NCBI RefSeq assembly: GCF_016806735.1
Contig: NZ_CP060530.1
Coordinates: 60,001 to 92,000, forward strand
Source of the DNA: Candidatus Micrarchaeum sp.
Lineage (GTDB): Archaea > Micrarchaeota > Micrarchaeia > Micrarchaeales > Micrarchaeaceae
Reading direction: 5' to 3'
Length of the DNA stretch: 32,000 bases
Shown here: positions 25,421-32,000 of the stretch, in pieces
Layout: every line of letters starts with the position of its first letter
How positions within the stretch are numbered: position 1 is the stretch's first letter
Position numbers and translations under genes: made by a program
The notes under the pieces: model-generated
What the model saw: only the letters and a program-made list of their open reading frames with translations
Database searches by the model: none
Told to the model about the DNA's origin: nothing

Positions 25421-26437
25421 ATGTACGAACCTATGGTCAAGCCCCCGAGGCTAAGGAAGGGGGGAACTATAAGGATAATAGCTCCGTCCAGCGCAGCCAC
25501 ATCTACCAGTTCCCTGCCAAAGGCAGTGAGGTTTCTTGAAAAGCAGGGCTTCAAGGTGAGCCTTGCGCCAAGCATGATAAGGGAATCTCCAACGCGCTAT
25601 CTGACTGCTGGAGATGCAACGAGGAAGAACGAGATAGAGAATGCATTCAAGAGCGACAAATACGACGCAGTAATGGTGCTGCAGGGCGGAGCAGGCTCGA
25701 TAGACATACTCAACAGCATAGACTACGACATAATAAAGGACCACCCAAAGGTATTCATAGGATACAGCGACATAACGCTCTTGCAACTGGCATTCATGAG
25801 GATGGCCCACATGGCGTCATTTCAGGGTCCTATGCTCATAGACCTATTCGAAGAGGACGAAGCTGCCCTCCAAACGAACTGGAACAATCTCATAGGGATA
25901 ATAAGCAGGGGCGAAGAGGCAATGATAAAGAATCCTCTTGAAAGCGGATGGGCCAAATCCATAAACGATGGCACTACGAAGGGCCAGCTGATGGGTGGCA
26001 ACCTTACAGTATTCTCGCTAATCGTAGGCACAAAATACATACCTGATGCGCGCGGCAAGGTCCTTTTCTTCGAGGACGTTAACGTTGAGCCATGGATGCT
26101 CGACAACCTATTAACGTCGCTTGTGATAAAGGGGGTATTGAAAAAGGCCAATGGCATAGTCTTCGGACAGCTGCCCAACTACGGGATAGAAAACATATCC
26201 GAATCGCAGGGAGTTACTTCGTACCTGATGAAACATCTTTTCATAGAAGACTACATAAACGCCACCATGCACAGCACTTTGCAGGACCTGTTCTCAAACA
26301 AGATGCCAAAGAAGCCGGCGTTCATAGAGTTCGCTTGCTGCCACGGCAAATACATAACAACAATACCTATGGGCATAAGGGTGAAGCTTGATGCTTCGCA
26401 GTGCACGATGGAAATGCTTGAGCCAGGAGTAGAATAA
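25421..26437 (+). CDS. Peptidase S66 family (LD-carboxypeptidase LdcA / MccF-like)
   Basis: TIRIIAPSS N-terminus, nucleophile motif GYSDITLL, and C-terminal CCHGKYITTIPMG (compare fGH....lP.G). ATG 25421 is preferred over GTG 25382. Confidence 0.85.
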   Translation: MYEPMVKPPRLRKGGTIRIIAPSSAATSTSSLPKAVRFLEKQGFKVSLAPSMIRESPTRYLTAGDATRKNEIENAFKSDKYDAVMVLQGGAGSIDILNSIDYDIIKDHPKVFIGYSDITLLQLAFMRMAHMASFQGPMLIDLFEEDEAALQTNWNNLIGIISRGEEAMIKNPLESGWAKSINDGTTKGQLMGGNLTVFSLIVGTKYIPDARGKVLFFEDVNVEPWMLDNLLTSLVIKGVLKKANGIVFGQLPNYGIENISESQGVTSYLMKHLFIEDYINATMHSTLQDLFSNKMPKKPAFIEFACCHGKYITTIPMGIRVKLDASQCTMEMLEPGVE

Positions 26438-26456
26438 TTCTTATTATTTAAAGACA

Positions 26457-26479
26457 GCGCCTGCGCATAGCGCAGGCGC
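26457..26479 (+). terminator. Perfect GC-rich hairpin downstream of the S66 peptidase gene
   Basis: GCGCCTGCGC-ATA-GCGCAGGCGC (10-bp stem) lies 20 nt after the stop, with a TTTT run ~10 nt further on. Hairpins are not required for archaeal termination, so its function is uncertain. Confidence 0.3.
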
Positions 26480-26714
26480 GTCCTCTGGGGTTTTGCCAAG
26501 TTTCCCTGGCAGTATTTAATACGCAATAAAGGTATTTAAACATTACCTAAATTCCTTAATTACTTATTAAAGTAAAATAATTATAGTAAAGTATAAATAG
26601 CTTAACCGCAAAACCTGACTGGACAGTGCGCAAGCCATGCACAATACAAATATGGCAGACAGCTTTTTCTGGGGTTGTACCTGTGCGTAGCAAGGGCGCG
26701 TCCGAGGGGTTAGA

Positions 26715-27023
26715 ATGGACAAAGACGAAGAAGGTGAGCGTGAGCCAACTGAAGGAAAATTGCGAAGGGAGTTCATGTACGAACAGGAAATACGGAACGG
26801 CATAGAAAAGCTCTTGGACTACAAGTACGGGCTCGTGGGCATAGACCCAGAGGAGGTAATTACTTCCACAGTATCTGAGCTCGTCAGGGCGATAGCCTTG
26901 GTTACCGAAGAGGACATGACCGCACAGCTAACAAAAAGAACAATGAACAGGGTGCTTGTTTACAAGCACAACTCCGAAACAACTCCTTCTGGCTTCAGTT
27001 TTTTGGCTTTTGGGCATAAGTAA
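26715..27023 (+). CDS. Hypothetical protein (102 aa, acidic N-terminus)
   Basis: ORF with ordinary composition, preceded by an AT-rich promoter-like region and followed by an oligo-T tract. No motif recognised. Confidence 0.5.
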   Translation: MDKDEEGEREPTEGKLRREFMYEQEIRNGIEKLLDYKYGLVGIDPEEVITSTVSELVRAIALVTEEDMTAQLTKRTMNRVLVYKHNSETTPSGFSFLAFGHK

Positions 27024-27033
27024 CCAAAGGCCC

Positions 27034-27046
27034 TTTTTCTTTTTTT
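27034..27046 (+). terminator. Oligo-T tract (archaeal intrinsic termination signal candidate)
   Basis: TTTTTCTTTTTTT begins 11 nt after the stop of the 26715-27023 gene. Confidence 0.4.
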
Positions 27047-27260
27047 ATTGATGCCTTGCCCTTCCTGCGATTATCGAATCCCTAATCGCGGTTATCTTCC
27101 TGTTCATTGCTATCATTCCTGTCCCAGTCAAAAGCACAACAACAGTCACGGCAAGCATCCCGTAGTTGTCTATTCCGCGAGAAAGCAAAACAAACCAGAC
27201 TACTCCAGATACCATTCCTGCTAGAATCCAACCTAGGCCCGCGGATATTATGCCATTCAT
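27045..27260 (-). CDS. Small two-TM membrane protein (71 aa), function unknown
   Basis: MNGIISAGLGWILAGMVSGVVWFVLL...GMLAVTVVVLLTGTGMIAM gives two clear hydrophobic helices. The maximal ORF extends to 27326. Confidence 0.5.
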   Translation of the reverse strand: MNGIISAGLGWILAGMVSGVVWFVLLSRGIDNYGMLAVTVVVLLTGTGMIAMNRKITAIRDSIIAGRARHQ

Positions 27261-27393
27261 GCGACAATCTCTTGTATAATCGCATGCAATGGATTTAAGC
27301 TTGTTCCAGAACAAACTCCTTTGCAACAGAAAGAAAGCTATAAATATTATCTAAAGCGGAATATTTCCTATCACTCTATTATACGTGAGCCAA

Positions 27394-27720
27394 ATGCAGG
27401 ATTATGTTTACGAAGCTAAAGTACAGCAAGCCGGGCTGAAAACCAAATGTTCTGTAAAAGTTATTCCAGAAATGATTGGAGAAGCAAAAAGGATAACCGA
27501 TAAAATAATCTCACGCGGCGAATTTTCTGACATAAAAAGCGGTATACACTATGAGTTTTCATTAGAAAAAGGCGATGAATCTGCAAATATGCAAATAAAG
27601 AGCCTTTTCATGTATCCTTCAGAAGAAACCAAACTCAAGATAGACGCTCTAATCAAAGAAATAAGCGATGCGGTCCAAAAAGAGGCAGGAAATGGCCTTG
27701 AACCGATATTGCGCCAATAA
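27394..27720 (+). CDS. Hypothetical protein (108 aa)
   Basis: ORF with no recognisable motif. ATG 27394; the maximal ORF starts at GTG 27385. Confidence 0.5.
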   Translation: MQDYVYEAKVQQAGLKTKCSVKVIPEMIGEAKRITDKIISRGEFSDIKSGIHYEFSLEKGDESANMQIKSLFMYPSEETKLKIDALIKEISDAVQKEAGNGLEPILRQ

Positions 27721-27812
27721 TGGGGTCATAAGCCAATTAACCAAGTCTGGCACTCTTTTCCTACAAAGTAATTTATACTTTTTATTGCAGTTTTTATTAC
27801 AGTTTGATTAGC

Positions 27813-28253
27813 ATGAAGATACTGGTAAGGGGATTCGGGCAGGGTGAGCGCATACCCGATCAGTTTACTTGCAAAGGAATAGACACTCAGCCGACCGTTG
27901 AGATAAGCGACATACCTGAAGGTACGAAGAGCATAGTCCTAATAATGGATGATCCCGATGCTCCTATGGGCACATTCACGCACTGGATAGCCTACAACAT
28001 ACCTCCAGATGTTGGAAGGATAGACCATGCTTCAAAGCACTCTGATATAAGTTTTGGAATAAACGATTTTGGCAACGAAGGCTATAACGGCCCATGCCCT
28101 CCTAAGGGAAAGCCGCACAGGTATTATTTTAGGGCATATGCAACATCCCTGGAAAAGCTGCCAAAGGGGATGCACAGAAAGCCGATGGACGACAAGCTAA
28201 AAGCCAGTGTCATAGGGCATTGCGAATATATGGGCACCTACTCCAGCAGTTAA
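27813..28253 (+). CDS. PEBP-family protein (YbhB/YbcL, Raf-kinase-inhibitor-like)
   Basis: LIMDDPDAP, THWIAYNIP and GYNGPCPPKGKPHRYYFRAYA are the PEBP signature blocks. Confidence 0.9.
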   Translation: MKILVRGFGQGERIPDQFTCKGIDTQPTVEISDIPEGTKSIVLIMDDPDAPMGTFTHWIAYNIPPDVGRIDHASKHSDISFGINDFGNEGYNGPCPPKGKPHRYYFRAYATSLEKLPKGMHRKPMDDKLKASVIGHCEYMGTYSSS

Positions 28254-28306
28254 CAAATAAATATTATATCCTCTATTCCTATAACTATTATTTGGGGCAA
28301 ACTTTT

Positions 28307-28843
28307 ATGGATGGCAACAAAATAAGCGATTACATTGACAAGTACTCTGATTCTTTGAGAGACGTAACCCTTTGCTATTTTGTTGATAAAAAAGCCTCGA
28401 AAGTGCTGCTTGCAATGAAAAAGCGTGGATTCGGAGCAGGCAAGCTGAATGGCGCTGGAGGGAAGCTCAAGGCTGGGGAAACTGTGGAAGACGCAATGAT
28501 AAGGGAATCGGTAGAAGAGGTCGGTGCCCGCCCCAAAAATTATTACAAGGCTGCATTGCTACGTTTTTATTTTGGCGGAAGCGAACCAAAAAGCGAATTT
28601 AACCAGAGAGTTCACGTGTACATAGCAGACGAATGGGAAGGGGAGATATCAGAAAGTGAGGAGATGAAGCCGGAATGGTTCAAAATAAGCTCAATACCAT
28701 TGGATATGATGTGGGATGACGACAAATACTGGTTGCCCTATGTGCTGGGTGGGAAATTCGTGGATGCGCATTTCCTTTTCGGAGATTCGAACAAAGTAAT
28801 AGACATGAAAATAAGCTACAAAGCCGAAGTGCCGAAAAACTGA
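28307..28843 (+). CDS. Nudix hydrolase, MTH1/NUDT1-type (8-oxo-dGTPase-like)
   Basis: [40 protein letters not shown] (Nudix box) and [30 protein letters not shown] parallel human MTH1 ([70 protein letters not shown]). This includes the Asn, Trp and Asp-Asp base-recognition residues. Confidence 0.82.
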   Translation: [178 protein letters not shown]

Positions 28844-28859
28844 TGTTTAAAAACACAAA

Positions 28860-29900
28860 ATGTTTTGCATGGAAAAAAACAATAAAAATTTCCTAAAAGC
28901 AGAATATTATACGCCAGTAGGCGAAAATATAGAAAAGCAGAGACTAGAACTCGTGTCAAAGCTGTCTGGGGTTGTGCTATATAATCTTCTCAGAGTAAAG
29001 GACCAAACTACCATACGTGCGGCACATAGCCTCAACGAGGCCATAAACAGCTACACTAATACCTATTCCAACATGCAGAAACTTGCATTGGTGGTGAACG
29101 CCGCTACGGACTACAAGCTGGTAGTGGACTACGTCAGGGAAGAGCTTGGCCTCAAGACTATTAAAAACGACCCGTATTCGGTTTGCGTTGATGAAAACAG
29201 ACTTTTCGAATCTATAAAAGATGAGTTAAGCGAACATTCATGGCCCATTGCCAAAGTGCTTCTTGACGTGAGCAGGAAGGCGTACGGAAAGATAGATAAG
29301 GAAGAAGCCATAATCGCATCCAAGAAGATAATCGCGGCAACACAAAAGCAGTCCGATATCACGAACTTTTCTTACGTAGTGGAAAAGGTCCTTTCGGCAA
29401 CCGAGGCATTGAAAAACAATCTTGCCGATTTCATAAACGAATATGCGTCCCTAAAGGAAGGAATAAAGGAAATAAGCATAAGGTCGATAATGCAAAAAGG
29501 CATAGGCGAAGGGCATGAAGCAATCCTGCGCACAGCATCTTCAATAGTATCGGAGTACATGGCAAAGGAGGATGTGCCTTCATGGCCAAAAGTAACGATA
29601 GAAAGGTCGATTTTGGGAAAAGACGTAGGCATGGCAATGCGCTTCAGGGGCAGCTCAAGCTATTTTGCAATAGTATATCTAAAGCCGCATAATTATGACC
29701 TAATAGCCAGATTCGTAGTTCAGCTCACAGATTTGATAAAGGAGCTGGAATCTGCGATCGGGCCAAACGCAAGCGTGCCCAAGCTTTCCATAAAAACCTA
29801 TTCAGACCTGGGCGTATGCATGGTGGGCGCTGCCCATTTCAATCCCGCGTCAGAAACTGCCGTAAGGGACGAGCTCCAAAGGCTTTTTGGAAAGAAATAA
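28860..29900 (+). CDS. Hypothetical protein (346 aa), no recognisable domain
   Basis: Long uninterrupted ORF, mostly helical-looking, with no TM segments and no motif I recognise. Confidence 0.6.
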   Translation: MFCMEKNNKNFLKAEYYTPVGENIEKQRLELVSKLSGVVLYNLLRVKDQTTIRAAHSLNEAINSYTNTYSNMQKLALVVNAATDYKLVVDYVREELGLKTIKNDPYSVCVDENRLFESIKDELSEHSWPIAKVLLDVSRKAYGKIDKEEAIIASKKIIAATQKQSDITNFSYVVEKVLSATEALKNNLADFINEYASLKEGIKEISIRSIMQKGIGEGHEAILRTASSIVSEYMAKEDVPSWPKVTIERSILGKDVGMAMRFRGSSSYFAIVYLKPHNYDLIARFVVQLTDLIKELESAIGPNASVPKLSIKTYSDLGVCMVGAAHFNPASETAVRDELQRLFGKK

Positions 29901-30042
29901 ATCTAACAACTTGATAGAAAAGTCAAGCAATAAAAAAGGATGCAATAAAAAGCTATTGAGGGTATGGGTTGCTCGCGTCCAAGTAGGGATTAATCCTTAG
30001 CGCTAGCTTTGCCGAGGTGTATTGTTGGAGCTTTGGGAACAA

Positions 30043-30615
30043 ATGGCAGTAAACATAATGGAGAAAAACAAATTCAAATTTTCCTCCACATTTGAGGCAA
30101 ATGTCGCAGCCGCTCTAGACCTGATGGGCATTGGATTCTCCTACAAAAGCCTTCAATTCTATCTAAACAGCAACGAAGAGGTCATAACATACACTCCTGA
30201 TTTTGTGCTGACCGACGCGTACAACGACAAAACCGTGCTCATAGAGACGCATGGCAAGAGATACATAGATAAAAGGTTCATAGAAAAGATGAATTCTTTC
30301 AAGCATAATCCCGTAAGCTCGCAGTATCACCTTATACTCATAACAGACAAAATGCCCAAGAAGCCGGACAAGCTGAAGATAGAGCTTAAGAAGTACGGGT
30401 ATGGAGCGAAGGACATATGCGACGAGGTCTGGTACATACCCTATAACGTCGTGTTGGGCATGCAGCTGCAGCTCAAGAACGAGCAGGGCTCCATATATGG
30501 GCTCCTGAATAAACTCCGCAAGGAAGAACTATCGCCAAGCAGTACAACGCTTTTAAGGAGCGGGCATGGCAATTCCGAATCTTGGCGCAGGAGCGCTTCG
30601 AAAAGCATATCGTGA
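30043..30615 (+). CDS. PD-(D/E)XK nuclease-fold-like protein (DUF559/Vsr-like layout), putative
   Basis: FEANVAAALDLMGIGFSY...YTPDFVL...TVLIETHGK follows the E...D-x(n)-(D/E)-x-K arrangement of restriction-endonuclease-fold proteins. The maximal ORF starts at TTG 30022; an alternative ATG is at 30058. Confidence 0.4.
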   Translation: MAVNIMEKNKFKFSSTFEANVAAALDLMGIGFSYKSLQFYLNSNEEVITYTPDFVLTDAYNDKTVLIETHGKRYIDKRFIEKMNSFKHNPVSSQYHLILITDKMPKKPDKLKIELKKYGYGAKDICDEVWYIPYNVVLGMQLQLKNEQGSIYGLLNKLRKEELSPSSTTLLRSGHGNSESWRRSASKSIS

Positions 30616-30633
30616 ACTTCCAATAAGCGGATT

Positions 30634-30767
30634 CGCCAGGGTAGGGATTTGAACCCTAAAGCCCGCGAGGGCACCGGTTTACCTGTCGCGCCTTTTCGCA
30701 TCACTAATCAGCTCTTGACGTTTTGAAAACTCAAGACCGGCGCGTTACCAGATTCTGCCACCCTGGC
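30634..30767 (-). tRNA. tRNA-Ser(TGA), type II, with a 50-nt intron at 37/38 (intron 30680-30729)
   Basis: The reverse complement folds as acceptor GCCAGGG/CCCTGGC, discriminator G, anticodon stem CCGGT/ACCGG and loop CT-TGA-G[intron]A. The long variable arm is GCCC-TCGC-GGGC and the T arm is TAGGG-TTCAAAT-CCCTA. The central BHB helix is CTTG/CAGG with 3-nt bulges AGT and TAA. The D stem has one A:C mismatch. Confidence 0.8.
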
Positions 30768-30913
30768 ATATTGACAAGCATTACAGGTTTTGCTGAAAAA
30801 GTATATAAAGCATTCAATAACTTTTCTGGGCGCTAGGGATTTAAACAAAACTGGCCGCTATTACTGCACACATCAACGTAATCTAATTCTGAAGCTATGG
30901 CAATGGTGTTAAA

Positions 30914-32000
30914 ATGAACAATATGAGCGAGAGCCTGGAAAGGCTCATTGGATACATTATGAAAAAGGAGCCGCGCAGCGGCAGCACAGCCACAATCGAA
31001 GGCATAAGCGTAGGCGAAGCAATTGGCTACCCATCGATTCATACATTAATGTTTCACGGCGCAGAGAAAAAGGCAATACCTTTTGCGTGGAAACATGCCA
31101 AGGGCACCGTATACATAAAGCCGCATGAATACAACAGCCCGCACATAATAATAGCTGGAGCAAGCGGAAACGGCAAGAGCACCCTGCTAAAAAAGCTCAT
31201 AAGCGGGCTGGCTTCTTCAGGTACAAATATCCTTCTATTTGATTCAGACAGCGAGCATTATGATATAATAAGCGCAGTCAACGGTAAAACCATAGATCCT
31301 TTCAAAGACATAAACATATTCGCGCTTGACGGGCTGAGCGCCGGAGAGCGCATACAAGAGCTAACATCCATTTTTTCCGACGTATTCAATTTCGGTTACC
31401 TGCAGTCAAATTCACTGCACTCGTGCATACGTTATGCCTATTCTATTTCGGGCATGCGCTCCATATACCAAGCAAATATCGAAAACGTGCCAAGCATGGA
31501 AACATTGGTCAGGACAATAAATACATTCATTGCAAACTCCCGCACCGCAGCTGAAAAGTCAAGGCTTTATAGCATACTCAACAGGCTCGGCTCTTTAAAC
31601 CTGGGCCACGGAGACAGTTCCCTAGACGGCATAAATGACCTTTTCGAAGGCGTAGTATCAATACCCCTAAGGCACGTGAAAAGCCCCTATGCAAAAAGGA
31701 TAATAATGCACGAGCTTCTGCAAAGGCTATATTCAAGGATGCATTCGATGCCAATAACGCATAAACTTTCAAATTACATAATTATAGACGAGCTGGACTT
31801 TGTAATATCCGACTACGATTCGCAAACAGGAATAATAAAAAAGATAGTCAGAGAGGGAAGAAAGTACGGCATAGGTATAATCGTATCTACGCACATGGCC
31901 ATATCCCTTCCCAAGGACATGGTGGAGAACTCTTCATGCATAATTACTTTTGGTTCTCCGGACCCATCGGAAAGGCGATATATGGCTTCTGTAATGGCGC
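30914..32000 (+). CDS. HerA/FtsK-superfamily ATPase (DUF87-like), 3' end outside the window
   Basis: This ORF is not in the supplied track because it has no stop inside the window; I translated it by hand from ATG 30914 with no stop through 32000. Walker A IIAGASGNGKST, Walker B NYIIIDELD, and REGRKYGIGIIVSTH typical of HerA/DUF87 ATPases. Confidence 0.7.
   Translation, partial: MNNMSESLERLIGYIMKKEPRSGSTATIEGISVGEAIGYPSIHTLMFHGAEKKAIPFAWKHAKGTVYIKPHEYNSPHIIIAGASGNGKSTLLKKLISGLASSGTNILLFDSDSEHYDIISAVNGKTIDPFKDINIFALDGLSAGERIQELTSIFSDVFNFGYLQSNSLHSCIRYAYSISGMRSIYQANIENVPSMETLVRTINTFIANSRTAAEKSRLYSILNRLGSLNLGHGDSSLDGINDLFEGVVSIPLRHVKSPYAKRIIMHELLQRLYSRMHSMPITHKLSNYIIIDELDFVISDYDSQTGIIKKIVREGRKYGIGIIVSTHMAISLPKDMVENSSCIITFGSPDPSERRYMASVMA

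Noticed and set aside
26474-26710. Repeated motif GGCGCGTCC-N(2-3)-GGGGTT at 26474-26493 and 26692-26710
   Set aside because: There are two short copies only, and the GCGTCC hexamer is expected many times in 32 kb. No consistent structure links them.
29981-30005. att-like partial repeat of the tRNA-Ser 3' end (GTAGGGATT shared, then loose similarity)
   Set aside because: Only 9 contiguous identical bases are shared. The enclosed segment (~650 bp, one ORF) is too small for an integrated element. This is not significant without statistics.
30680-30729. C/D-box sRNA inside the tRNA-Ser intron (CUGA and GUGAUGC elements present)
   Set aside because: The D-like CUGA precedes the C-like box. There is only one copy of each, and 50 nt is too short for a complete C/D guide. 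This is probably coincidence.
1-32000. CRISPR arrays, rRNA genes, IS elements/transposases, integrases
   Set aside because: I saw no regularly spaced direct repeats, no rRNA-like conserved stretches, and no transposase or integrase motifs in any listed ORF.

Overview
Compact archaeal chromosome segment with about 40 protein genes and 4 tRNAs. I saw no rRNA, CRISPR array or recognisable IS/transposase. The core is archaeal information processing. It includes RadA, TFE-alpha, a GINS51-like protein, aIF2-alpha, a PAC2-type proteasome chaperone, a Pcc1-like protein, eL42 (L44e) and eL15. It also has the archaeal-order ribosomal block L3-L4-L23-L2-(extra small gene)-S19-L22-S3, plus the 3' two-thirds of a bacterial-type gyrA. 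Two of the four tRNAs carry canonical 37/38 introns, and one is a genomically encoded tRNA-Ile(UAU). Tight packing (ATGA and CTAG overlaps), salvage genes and these tRNA features suggest a small-genome archaeon, DPANN-like or Thermoplasmata-related, but I cannot verify that here. The most unusual item is an ECF-type importer at 20.5-24.6 kb. Its tandem EcfA-EcfA ATPase continues in frame into an Hpt/Gpt-like purine phosphoribosyltransferase domain plus a degenerate second PRTase-like half, and thymidine kinase converges on its 3' end. Other oddities are listed here. A duplicated-motif basic mini-protein sits in the otherwise invariant L2/S19 junction. TFE carries a ~130-aa Lys-rich N-terminal extension. 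An AglB/STT3 oligosaccharyltransferase with an extra TM plus coiled-coil N-module replaces L29 directly after S3. A Cab-type beta-carbonic-anhydrase-like protein has a long C-extension. An S66 LD-carboxypeptidase and an MTH1-type Nudix are present. The 3' region is ORFan-rich and ends in a PD-(D/E)XK-like gene, an intron-bearing tRNA-Ser and a HerA/DUF87-like ATPase. All functional calls come from motif recognition by eye; no database search was run.
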